Source: a virus (Duplodnaviria; Heunggongvirae; Uroviricota; Caudoviricetes). From it: 37,383 bases of DNA. The stretch is taken from IMG/VR virus record IMGVR_UViG_2778261303_000009; one strand, written 5' to 3'. This document shows, one piece after another, positions 26,618 to 34,763 of the stretch (its first letter is position 1; every line of letters starts with the position of its first letter). The notes beneath the pieces are model-generated. The model saw only the letters and a list, made by a program, of their open reading frames with translations, ran no database searches and had not been told where the DNA came from. The position numbers were made by a program, and so were the translations under genes.

Positions 26618-26672
26618 TGCAGAGATAATGGCTAACTGGCATCATCCCCGGTTTTTATTCAGGGGATTGATC

Positions 26673-27239
26673 ATGCTTATTGGCTATGTACGCGTGTCAA
26701 CAAATGACCAGAACACCGATTTGCAACGTAATGCACTGAACTGCGCGGGATGTGAGCGGATTTTTGAGGATAAAATCAGTGGCACTAAGTCCGACAGACC
26801 GGGGCTTAAAAAACTGCTCAGGATACTATCGGCAGGAGACACGCTGGTTGTCTGGAAGCTGGACAGACTGGGGCGCAGTATGCGGCATCTTGTTACGCTG
26901 ATAGAAGAGTTGCGCCAGCGTGGTGTGAATTTCCGAAGCCTGACTGACAGTATTGATACCAGTACCTCAATGGGCCGTTTCTTTTTTCACGTCATGGGGG
27001 CTCTGGCTGAAATGGAACGTGAACTGATAGTTGAACGTACCAGAGCAGGGCTGGCTGCAGCTCGTGCCAAAGGCAGAGTAGGTGGACGTCGTCCTAAATT
27101 GACCACCGAACAGTGGGCACAGATTGGACGTTTACTCGAGGCCGGAGAATCAAGACAGCGTATTGCACTGATTTTTGATGTGGGCGTTTCTACCATTTAT
27201 AGAAAATTTCCGGCGAATGAGAGCAATGAATTGCCCTGA
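26673..27239 (+). CDS. Serine DNA invertase (Hin/Gin/Cin/Pin family)
   Basis: N-terminus MLIGYVRVSTNDQNTDLQRNAL with catalytic serine, resolvase domain and C-terminal HTH (GRRPKLTTEQWAQIGRLLEAG). ATG at 26673 behind an AGGGGA RBS. Confidence 0.85.
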   Translation: MLIGYVRVSTNDQNTDLQRNALNCAGCERIFEDKISGTKSDRPGLKKLLRILSAGDTLVVWKLDRLGRSMRHLVTLIEELRQRGVNFRSLTDSIDTSTSMGRFFFHVMGALAEMERELIVERTRAGLAAARAKGRVGGRRPKLTTEQWAQIGRLLEAGESRQRIALIFDVGVSTIYRKFPANESNELP

Positions 27240-27287
27240 GTCAGTATTATTTTGATTTTTCCTGTAAGCGGACAAATACCGTCATTT

Positions 27288-27305
27288 TGTGTGAATAACG
27301 ACACA
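27288..27305. promoter_or_regulatory. TGT-N12-ACA dyad (late-activator site) upstream of the FI tail operon
   Basis: TGTGTGAATAACGACACA lies about 85 bp upstream of the FI ATG, in the intergenic region after the invertase. Confidence 0.35.
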
Positions 27306-27381
27306 ACTGCGCTTAGCTGTTTGTCAGGCACAATCACTTCAACATAGGGCGAAGCCTAATCCAATCAGGAGGTTCGCCACT

Positions 27382-28554
27382 ATGGCTCAGGATTACCACC
27401 ACGGGGTGCGCGTTGTTGAAGTCAACGAAGGCACCCGATCCATTACCACGGTGAGCACCGCCATCGTGGGTATGGTCTGCACGGGCGATGATGCCGATGC
27501 AAAAATGTTTCCTCTTAATAAACCCGTGCTGATCACTGATGTGCTGACTGCCAGCGGTAAAGCGGGTGAGTCCGGCACGCTGGCCCGTTCGCTGGATGCC
27601 ATCGCTGACCAGGCAAAACCAGTGACCGTTGTTGTGCGTGTGCCGCAGGGTGAAACGGAAGAAGAAACCACGACCAATATCATCGGCGCAGTGACTGCTG
27701 AAGGTAAAAAAACAGGCATGAAAGCCCTGTTATCTGCCCAGACACAGCTCGGCGTTAAACCGCGCATTCTCGGCGTGCCAGGTCACGATAACAAAGCCGT
27801 TGCTACTGAGTTGCTGAGCGTGGCGCAAAGCCTGCGTGGGTTTGCCTACCTGTCAGCGTATGGCTGCAAGACGGTACAGGAGGCGATCACTTACCGTGAA
27901 AACTTCAGCCAGCGCGAAGGAATGTTGATCTGGCCTGACTTTACTGGCTGGGATACGGTGCTGAATGCCGAAGCAACGGCATATGCCACTGCTCGTGCGC
28001 TTGGTCTGCGTGCCAAAATTGATGAGCAGACCGGGTGGCACAAAAGCCTGTCCAACGTGGGCGTGAACGGTGTCACCGGAATTTCTGCAGATGTGTTCTG
28101 GGATCTGCAGGACCCGGCAACCGATGCAGGTCTGCTGAACCAGAACGACGTCACCACGCTTGTGCGTAAAGACGGGTTCCGCTTCTGGGGTTCCCGCTGC
28201 CTGAGCGATGACCCGCTCTTTGCCTTCGAAAACTATACCCGCACGGCGCAGGTGCTGACGGACACAATGGCAGAAGCGCACATGTGGGCAGTGGACAAAC
28301 CGCTGAACCCGTCGCTGGCGCGCGACATCATCGAGGGCATCCGCGCCAAAATGCGCAGCCTGGTCAGTCAGGGGTATCTCATTGGTGGTGATTGCTGGCT
28401 GGACGAGTCGGTGAACGACAAAGACACTCTGAAAGCCGGAAAACTCACCATCGACTACGACTACACGCCAGTGCCGCCACTTGAAAACCTGATGTTGCGT
28501 CAGCGCATCACCGATCAGTACCTGGTGAATTTCGCCAGCCAGGTCAGCGCGTAA
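27382..28554 (+). CDS. FI: Contractile tail sheath protein (P2 gpFI-like)
   Basis: 390-aa ORF, N-terminus [22 protein letters not shown]... typical of gpFI. AGGAGG RBS upstream. Confidence 0.9.
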   Translation: MAQDYHHGVRVVEVNEGTRSITTVSTAIVGMVCTGDDADAKMFPLNKPVLITDVLTASGKAGESGTLARSLDAIADQAKPVTVVVRVPQGETEEETTTNIIGAVTAEGKKTGMKALLSAQTQLGVKPRILGVPGHDNKAVATELLSVAQSLRGFAYLSAYGCKTVQEAITYRENFSQREGMLIWPDFTGWDTVLNAEATAYATARALGLRAKIDEQTGWHKSLSNVGVNGVTGISADVFWDLQDPATDAGLLNQNDVTTLVRKDGFRFWGSRCLSDDPLFAFENYTRTAQVLTDTMAEAHMWAVDKPLNPSLARDIIEGIRAKMRSLVSQGYLIGGDCWLDESVNDKDTLKAGKLTIDYDYTPVPPLENLMLRQRITDQYLVNFASQVSA

Positions 28555-28563
28555 GGGGACAAC

Positions 28564-29079
28564 ATGGCTTTACCACGCAAATTAAAACATCTGAACCTGT
28601 TTAACGACGGGAACAACTGGCAGGGGATCGTTGAGTCGCTGACGCTGCCGAAGTTCACCCGCAAATATGAGAAGTATCGCGGCGGCGGAATGCCGGGTGC
28701 AGTGGATGTGGATCTGGGGCTTGATGACAGTGCGCTGGACACAGAATTTTCCATTGGTGGTACTGAACTGCTGCTGTTTAAGCAGATGGGCAAAGCCACG
28801 GTGGATGGCATCCAGTTGCGCTTTACCGGTTCTATCCAGCGTGACGATACCGGGGAAGTGCAGGCCGTGGAGCTTGTGGTGCGTGGACGTCACAAAGAAG
28901 TGGATTCCGGTGAGTGGAAGACGGGCGAAAGCAACACCACCAAAGTGACCAGTACCAACAGCTACGCGAAGCTGACCATCAATGGTGAGGTGCTCTATGA
29001 AGTGGACCTTATCAACATGGTGGAAATTGTGGACGGTGTGGACCTGATGGAAGCGCACCGCAACGCCCTCGGCCTCTGA
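28564..29079 (+). CDS. FII: Tail tube protein (P2 gpFII-like)
   Basis: 171-aa ORF immediately after the sheath gene, as in P2. Confidence 0.9.
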   Translation: MALPRKLKHLNLFNDGNNWQGIVESLTLPKFTRKYEKYRGGGMPGAVDVDLGLDDSALDTEFSIGGTELLLFKQMGKATVDGIQLRFTGSIQRDDTGEVQAVELVVRGRHKEVDSGEWKTGESNTTKVTSTNSYAKLTINGEVLYEVDLINMVEIVDGVDLMEAHRNALGL

Positions 29080-29133
29080 TGTATCTGAACGGCACGGGAT
29101 TCCGCGCCAGAACCCAATTTACAGGACAACAAA

Positions 29134-29436
29134 ATGAGCGATAAGCAGACTGAAAAGACCATTCAACTGGATACCCCCATCAAGCGCGGTAAAACAGAAA
29201 TTACCGAAATTGTGCTGCGTAAACCGCAGTCCGGTGCGCTGCGCGGTACACGCCTGCAGGCCATTATGGATATGGATGTGAACGCGATGATGACCGTGAT
29301 CCCCCGCATCTCCAGTCCGGCACTGACTGCACAGGAAATTGCAGAGATGGACCCGGCAGATCTCACTGCCATGTCGGTTGAGGTTGTCACTTTTTTGTTG
29401 AAGAAGTCGGTGCTTGCCGGTTTACCGACAGCCTGA
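29134..29436 (+). CDS. E: Tail assembly chaperone (P2 gpE-like)
   Basis: 100-aa ORF immediately upstream of the tape-measure gene, containing a slippery heptamer near its 3' end. Confidence 0.8.
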   Translation: MSDKQTEKTIQLDTPIKRGKTEITEIVLRKPQSGALRGTRLQAIMDMDVNAMMTVIPRISSPALTAQEIAEMDPADLTAMSVEVVTFLLKKSVLAGLPTA

Positions 29437-29570
29437 CGGTTGACGATCTGGTGGCTGATATCGCCACCATCTTTCACTGGCCGCCATCCGTTACTGACGT
29501 TATGCCGCTGACCGAAGTGCTGGAATGGCGGTATAAAGCGATTCAGAGAAGCGGGGCCAACGATGAGTGA
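29134..29570 (+). CDS. E+E' frameshift fusion product (programmed -1 frameshift)
   Basis: Slippery T TTT TTG at 29391..29397 in the E frame. The -1 frame is open from 29397 to a TGA at 29568..29570, just inside the T start. Analogous to P2 E/E' and lambda G/GT. Confidence 0.6.
29391..29397 (+). other. Programmed -1 ribosomal frameshift slippery site (T TTT TTG)
   Basis: Canonical X XXY YYZ heptamer in frame with E, followed by a 58-codon open -1 frame. Confidence 0.6.
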
Positions 29571-32500
29571 TAATAACCTGCGCCTGCAGGTCATTCTTAA
29601 TGCGGTTGACAAACTCACCCGCCCATTCCGTGCTGCACAGGCCAGTTCGAAAGAGCTGGCTGGCGCAATTCAGAATACCCGAAACAGCCTCAAAGAACTG
29701 AATAAGCAGGCTGGCAGAATTGATGAATTTCGCAAGACGCGCTCGCAACTAGCCATAACAGCCAACAACCTGAACGCAGCCCGCGAAGAGGCAGCAAAAC
29801 TCGCCACACAATTTGCTGCCACTAACAGGCCAACCGCCGCGCAGGCAAAGTTATTCAGTCAGGCCAAAACACGAGTACAGGAACTTCAGCAGACCTATAA
29901 CGGCTTGTTGGGGGCGGTCCAGAGACAACGTCAGGCACTTAAAGAATCAGGGATTGATACCAGGCAACTCAGTAGTGCCCAGCGAGAACTTAAGAAAAAT
30001 GCTGAAGAAACAAGGCAGGCACTGGAGCGCCAGCAAAAAGCACTTAAACGTCTGGGTGAACAACAGGCACGGATGAACGCTGCCAGAGAACAATACTCAA
30101 GACGGCTTGAAGTGCGCGATCGCATCGCAGGAGCCGGAGCCACTACCACGGCTGCAGGGCTGGCAATGGGTGCGCCAGTGATGGCGGCAGTAAAAAGCTA
30201 TACCAGCATGGAAGATGCCATGAAAGGTGTGGCAAAGCAGGTCAATGGTCTGCGTGACGATAATGGCAACCGCACTGCACGTTTTTATGAAATGCAGGAT
30301 GCCATCAAGGCTGCCAGCGAACAGTTGCCGATGGAAAACGGTGCGGTGGACTTCGCTGCACTGGTTGAAGGTGGTGCGCGCATGAACGTCGCAAACCCTG
30401 ACGACAGCTGGGAAGACCAGAAACGTGACCTGCTGGCCTTCGCCAGTACGGCAGCAAAGGCGGCAACAGCCTTTGAGCTGCCAGCGGATGAACTGTCAGA
30501 AAGTCTGGGGAAAATCGCCCAGCTCTACAAAATACCTACCCGCAATATTGAACAGCTCGGTGATGCGCTGAACTATCTGGATGATAACGCCATGTCGAAA
30601 GGGGCAGACATCATTGATGTCATGCAACGCCTGGGCGGTGTGGCTGATCGTCTGGATTATCGTAAAGCGGCGGCGCTGGGTTCCACCTTCCTGACACTGG
30701 GTGCTGCGCCGGAGGTTGCAGCCAGTGCAGCAAACGCGATGGTGCGTGAATTGTCCATTGCCACCATGCAAAGCAAGAGTTTCTTTGAAGGAATGAATCT
30801 GCTGAAACTCAATCCTGAAGTGATTGAAAAGCAGATGACGAAGGATGCGATGGGAACTATCCAGCGCGTACTGGAGAAGGTGAACGCACTGCCGCAGGAT
30901 AAACGTCTGTCTGCCATGACCATGTTGTTTGGTAAAGAGTTTGGCGATGACGCGGCGAAACTGGCAAACAACCTGCCAGAACTGCAGCGCCAGCTAAAAC
31001 TGACAGCGGGCAATGATGCGCTCGGCTCCATGCAGAAAGAATCCGACATTAACAAGGACTCACTTTCTGCGCAGTGGTTGCTGGTCAAAACCGGAGCGCA
31101 GAACACCTTCAGCAGCCTGGGCGAAACGCTGCGCCAGCCGCTGATGGATATTCTGTATATGGTGAAAAGCGTCACGGGAGCGTCGCGTCGTTGGGTGGAA
31201 GCTAACCCGGAACTGACGGGCACACTGATGAAAGTAGCGGCTGTAGTGGCTGCGGTTACCGTGGGCCTCGGCACCCTGGCGGTGATGTTGGCTGCAGTGC
31301 TGGGGTCGCTGGCAGTCATCCGTCTGGGATTCTCTGTGCTGGGTATCAAAACGTTACCTTCCGTTACGGCAGCAGTAACTCGAACCAGCAGCGCGTTGTC
31401 CTGGCTGGCTGGCGCACCACTGGCACTGCTGCGACGCGGGCTTGCTTCATCGGGCAACGCTGCGGGTTTACTTACTGCGCCGTTGTCGTCTTTGCGCCGC
31501 ACGGCATCACTGACGGGAAATGTCCTGAAAACTGTAGCAGGTGCGCTGGTTGCACTGTTGCGGTCTGGATTATCCGGTTTACGTGCATTTGCTGTGATGT
31601 TTATGAATCCACTGGCAGCACTACGCGGCGGGTTGGCTGCCGCAGGCGCGGTGCTGCGTGTGTTCGCATCCGGCCCGCTGGCGATGCTGCGCATTGCCCT
31701 GTATGCCGTATCTGGTCTGTTAGGTGCTCTGCTCAGTCCGATAGGTCTTGTGGTTACTGCTCTGGCGGGCGTGGCGCTGGTTGTCTGGAAATACTGGCAA
31801 CCCATCACCGCATTTCTCGGTGGCGTGGTGGAAGGATTCAAAGCGGCGGCAGGTCCCGTCAGTGCAGCGTTCGAACCTCTTAAGCCCGTGTTCCAGTGGA
31901 TTGGCGACAAAGTGCAGGCGCTCTGGGGCTGGTTTACTGATCTGCTGACGCCCGTTAAGTCGACCTCTGCCGAACTGCAGAGCGCAGCGGCAATGGGGCG
32001 ACGATTCGGGGAGGCACTGGCGGAAGGGCTGAATATGGTTATGCATCCGCTGGACTCCCTGAAATCCGGCGTTTCCTGGTTGCTGGAAAAACTCGGCATT
32101 GTCAGTAAAGAGGCTGCAAAGGCGAAACTGCCGGAAAGCGTGACGCGTGAGCAACCTGCGACGGTGAATGTAGACGGTAAAGTGATGATGCCATCGGGTG
32201 GTTTTCCGTCATGGAGATATGGCTTTGCGGGGATGTATGACAGCGGCGGCTATATCCCGCGCGGGCAGTTTGGCATCGTCGGTGAAAACGGGCCGGAAAT
32301 TGTTAACGGCCCGGCAAATGTGACCAGCCGGAGAAATACAGCTGCACTGGCTGCCGTTGTTGCCGGAATGATGGGCGTTGCTGCCGTGCCTGCAGAGCTT
32401 CCACCGTTGCATCCTTTGGCACTTCCCGCGAAAAGCGGCGAAGCGATGGTGAGTCGTGCAGCCACTGTGCCGCCCGTTCAACGGATTGAGGCACCGACGC

Positions 32501-32640
32501 AGATCATCATTCAGACGCAGCCAGGACAAAGTGCGCAGGATATTGCGCGGGAAGTGGCACGCCAGCTTGATGAACGTGAACGCAGGCTGAAGGCAAAAGC
32601 CAGGAGTAACTACAGCGATCAGGGGGGATACGACGCATGA
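29563..32640 (+). CDS. T: Tail tape measure protein (P2 gpT-like)
   Basis: 1025-aa ORF with coiled-coil N-terminal third and Ala/Gly/Leu-rich hydrophobic repeats in the middle, after the chaperone frameshift pair. Confidence 0.9.
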   Translation: MSDNNLRLQVILNAVDKLTRPFRAAQASSKELAGAIQNTRNSLKELNKQAGRIDEFRKTRSQLAITANNLNAAREEAAKLATQFAATNRPTAAQAKLFSQAKTRVQELQQTYNGLLGAVQRQRQALKESGIDTRQLSSAQRELKKNAEETRQALERQQKALKRLGEQQARMNAAREQYSRRLEVRDRIAGAGATTTAAGLAMGAPVMAAVKSYTSMEDAMKGVAKQVNGLRDDNGNRTARFYEMQDAIKAASEQLPMENGAVDFAALVEGGARMNVANPDDSWEDQKRDLLAFASTAAKAATAFELPADELSESLGKIAQLYKIPTRNIEQLGDALNYLDDNAMSKGADIIDVMQRLGGVADRLDYRKAAALGSTFLTLGAAPEVAASAANAMVRELSIATMQSKSFFEGMNLLKLNPEVIEKQMTKDAMGTIQRVLEKVNALPQDKRLSAMTMLFGKEFGDDAAKLANNLPELQRQLKLTAGNDALGSMQKESDINKDSLSAQWLLVKTGAQNTFSSLGETLRQPLMDILYMVKSVTGASRRWVEANPELTGTLMKVAAVVAAVTVGLGTLAVMLAAVLGSLAVIRLGFSVLGIKTLPSVTAAVTRTSSALSWLAGAPLALLRRGLASSGNAAGLLTAPLSSLRRTASLTGNVLKTVAGALVALLRSGLSGLRAFAVMFMNPLAALRGGLAAAGAVLRVFASGPLAMLRIALYAVSGLLGALLSPIGLVVTALAGVALVVWKYWQPITAFLGGVVEGFKAAAGPVSAAFEPLKPVFQWIGDKVQALWGWFTDLLTPVKSTSAELQSAAAMGRRFGEALAEGLNMVMHPLDSLKSGVSWLLEKLGIVSKEAAKAKLPESVTREQPATVNVDGKVMMPSGGFPSWRYGFAGMYDSGGYIPRGQFGIVGENGPEIVNGPANVTSRRNTAALAAVVAGMMGVAAVPAELPPLHPLALPAKSGEAMVSRAATVPPVQRIEAPTQIIIQTQPGQSAQDIAREVARQLDERERRLKAKARSNYSDQGGYDA

Positions 32641-33122
32641 TGATGGTGCTGGGATTGTACGTGTTTATGCTGCGCACCGTGCCGTATCAGGAACTGCAGT
32701 ATCAACGCAGCTGGCGACATGCGGCAAACCGCCGGATAAACCGACGTCCGTCCACGCAGTTTCTGGGACCGGAAAACGACATGCTGACGCTTTCCGGTGT
32801 TCTTATGCCGGATATAACAGGCGGCAGGCTGTCGTTGCTGGCTCTGGAGCAGATGGCAGAACAGGGGAAAGCATGGCCCCTGATTGAAGGTAGCGGCACG
32901 ATTTACGGCATGTATGTGATTGAGGGACTGAATCAGACTAAAACGGAGTTTTTCCGAGACGGTATGCCGCGCCGGATTGAGTTCACCCTGTCGCTCAAAC
33001 GGGTGGATGAATCCCTGTCCGATATGTTCGGTGATCTCAGTTCGCAGATGAATAAGCTGCAGGACACGGCAACATCTGCATTAAGCGATATCAGTAAAAC
33101 TGTGGGAGGACTGCTGTCGTGA
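32637..33122 (+). CDS. U: Tail protein (P2 gpU-like)
   Basis: 161-aa ORF with start overlapping the T stop (ATGA). Confidence 0.85.
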   Translation: MMMVLGLYVFMLRTVPYQELQYQRSWRHAANRRINRRPSTQFLGPENDMLTLSGVLMPDITGGRLSLLALEQMAEQGKAWPLIEGSGTIYGMYVIEGLNQTKTEFFRDGMPRRIEFTLSLKRVDESLSDMFGDLSSQMNKLQDTATSALSDISKTVGGLLS

Positions 33123-34219
33123 ATTTCAGCTCTGAACTGCTTAGCAAAGGCAACAAAACTCCCGCATTCAGCATAAGTATTGAGGGGAAGGATATCACCA
33201 CTGTGCTGGATAACCGCCTGATGAGTCTGACGCTGATGGACAATCGGGGCTTTGAAGCAGACCAGCTTGATCTGGAGCTGGACGACGCCGACGGAAAAAT
33301 CGTGCTGCCGCGCCGTGGTGCGGTCATCACGCTGGCGCTGGGCTGGAAGGGGCAGCCGCTTTTTCCGAAAGGGGCATTCACGGTGGACGAAATTGAACAC
33401 ACTGGCGCACCGGATCGCCTGACTATTCGGGCGCGAAGTGCTGATTTTAGGGAAACGCTGAATACCCGCCGTGAAAAATCGTGGCACAAGACCACTGTCG
33501 GGGAAGTGGTGAAGGAAATAGCCGCGCGTCACAAGCTGAAGATGGCACTGGGTAAAGATCTGTCGGATAAGCCCGTGGAGCATATAGACCAGACTAATGA
33601 GAGTGACGGCAGTTTTCTGATGCGGCTGGCGCGCCAGTACGGTGCCATAGCGTCGGTGAAAAATGGCAATCTGTTATTCATCCGGCAGGGACAGGGCAAA
33701 AGCGCCAGCGGTAAACCACTACCGGTGATCTCTATCACACGTAAGGACGGCGACAGTCACCGCTTTACCCTGGCAGATCGCGGAGCCTATACGGGTGTAA
33801 TTGCCAGCTGGTTGCATACCCGCGAACCCGCGAAGAAAGAAAGCACTACGGTGAAGCGTAAGCGCAGGACTAAGAAGCAGAAGAAAGAGCCGGAAGCGAA
33901 GCAGGGAGATTACCTGGTGGGTACGGATGAAAACGTGCTGGTACTTAATCGCACTTATGCCAACCGGAGCAACGCTGAACGGGCAGCGAAAATGCAGTGG
34001 GAACGCCTGCAACGCGGCGTTGCGTCATTCTCGCTACAACTGGCAGAAGGTCGGGCAGATCTCTACACGGAAATGCCAGTGAAAGTCAGTGGCTTTAAAC
34101 AGCCGATAGATGATGCGGAATGGACCATTACGACTCTGACACATACCGTCAGCCCGGATAACGGTTTTACGACCAGTCTGGAGCTTGAAGTGAGGATTGA
34201 TGATTTCGAAATGGAGTGA
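33119..34219 (+). CDS. D: Tail protein (P2 gpD-like)
   Basis: 366-aa ORF with a GTG start behind a GGGAGG RBS, overlapping the U stop. Last gene of the tail operon. Confidence 0.85.
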   Translation: MNFSSELLSKGNKTPAFSISIEGKDITTVLDNRLMSLTLMDNRGFEADQLDLELDDADGKIVLPRRGAVITLALGWKGQPLFPKGAFTVDEIEHTGAPDRLTIRARSADFRETLNTRREKSWHKTTVGEVVKEIAARHKLKMALGKDLSDKPVEHIDQTNESDGSFLMRLARQYGAIASVKNGNLLFIRQGQGKSASGKPLPVISITRKDGDSHRFTLADRGAYTGVIASWLHTREPAKKESTTVKRKRRTKKQKKEPEAKQGDYLVGTDENVLVLNRTYANRSNAERAAKMQWERLQRGVASFSLQLAEGRADLYTEMPVKVSGFKQPIDDAEWTITTLTHTVSPDNGFTTSLELEVRIDDFEME

Positions 34220-34309
34220 TTCTTCGCAATGGAGAACTTTTAAGTTTGCAAAATGGAATAATACGGTATCATTATTGTGAATTTAGCAAAAATGGGGAGA
34301 ACTCGAAAA

Positions 34310-34528
34310 ATGATGATTTGCCCACTGTGTGGAAGTGCCGCCCATACTCGCAGCAGTTTTCAGGTATCTTCATTGACCAAAGAGCGTTACAACCAGTGCC
34401 AGAATATTAACTGCAGCCATACTTTTGTAACCCATGAAACTTTTGTTCGTTCGATTGCAACGCCAAAAGAGTCAAATCCGGTTCAGCCGCATCCAATGAA
34501 ATCAGGACAGGTGGCGCTCTCTCTTTGA
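34310..34528 (+). CDS. ogr: Late-gene transcriptional activator, zinc-finger (P2 Ogr / 186 B family)
   Basis: 72-aa ORF MMICPLCGSAAHTRSSFQVSSLTKERYNQCQNINCSHTF with CxxC...CxxxxC zinc-binding pattern, closely resembling P2 Ogr / 186 B. GGGGAG RBS upstream. Confidence 0.8.
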   Translation: MMICPLCGSAAHTRSSFQVSSLTKERYNQCQNINCSHTFVTHETFVRSIATPKESNPVQPHPMKSGQVALSL

Positions 34529-34550
34529 CGCTGCCGCCATTTTGTCGCCA
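34529..34550. repeat. Right copy of putative att core (cgctgccgccaTtttgtcgcca)
   Basis: Direct repeat of 19..40 (21/22 identical), immediately after the ogr stop; marks the prophage-host junction. Confidence 0.5.
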
Positions 34551-34614
34551 TCGTTAAAAAACAGTGCTTCTAACGTCATGATTTTAAACATCATAAATTT
34601 CAGGCAACAAAAAA

Positions 34615-34651
34615 CCCATCAACCTTGAACCGAAATGGCGGGGTTGATGGG
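34615..34651 (-). terminator. Hairpin (10-bp stem cccatcaacc / ggttgatggg) followed on the minus strand by a T-run; probable ybjL terminator
   Basis: Perfect 10-bp inverted repeat with a 17-nt loop. On the minus strand it is followed by TTTTTTGTTG. Lies in host DNA between the att core and ybjL. Confidence 0.3.
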
Positions 34652-34763
34652 CTCCACAAAATGGGGACATCAAAGAAAAGCAGTGGCACTAATTAAGACT
34701 GATGCCCTGCGGAAAAGTTCTGCGGTTGTGCAAAAAAATTTCATTTTCAGGGCAACTTCAGTT

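Larger units (their letters stand above)
1..34550. mobile_element. P2/186-like temperate myovirus prophage, near-complete (int to ogr); left junction at or just beyond the window start
   Basis: Gene order matches P2/186 organisation: int-cI-apl-cII-early ORFs-dam-A | cargo | Q-P / O-N-M-L-X-lysis-R-S | cargo | V-W-J-I-H-G-invertase-FI-FII-E-T-U-D-ogr. A 22-bp near-identical direct repeat lies at both ends (19..40 and 34529..34550). Host genes ybjL-ybjM-grxA follow the right end. Confidence 0.85.

Noticed and set aside
26605-26645. Stand-alone ATG start for the minus-strand alternative tail-fibre cassette
   Set aside because: The cassette is homologous only from the crossover site onward and has no promoter or RBS of its own. 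It is expected to be expressed as a fusion to the constant part of H after inversion.
26628-26672. N-terminal extension of the invertase ORF (MANWHHPRFLFRGLI)
   Set aside because: Family invertases begin MLIGYVRVS. The ATG at 26673 has an RBS, and the extension would read through the crossover site.
30657-32099. 480-aa minus-strand ORF inside the tape-measure gene
   Set aside because: Antisense open frame in a GC-rich, repeat-rich region. Its translation is low-complexity (Ala/Ser/Pro/Arg-rich) and the + strand encodes a clearly homologous tape-measure protein.
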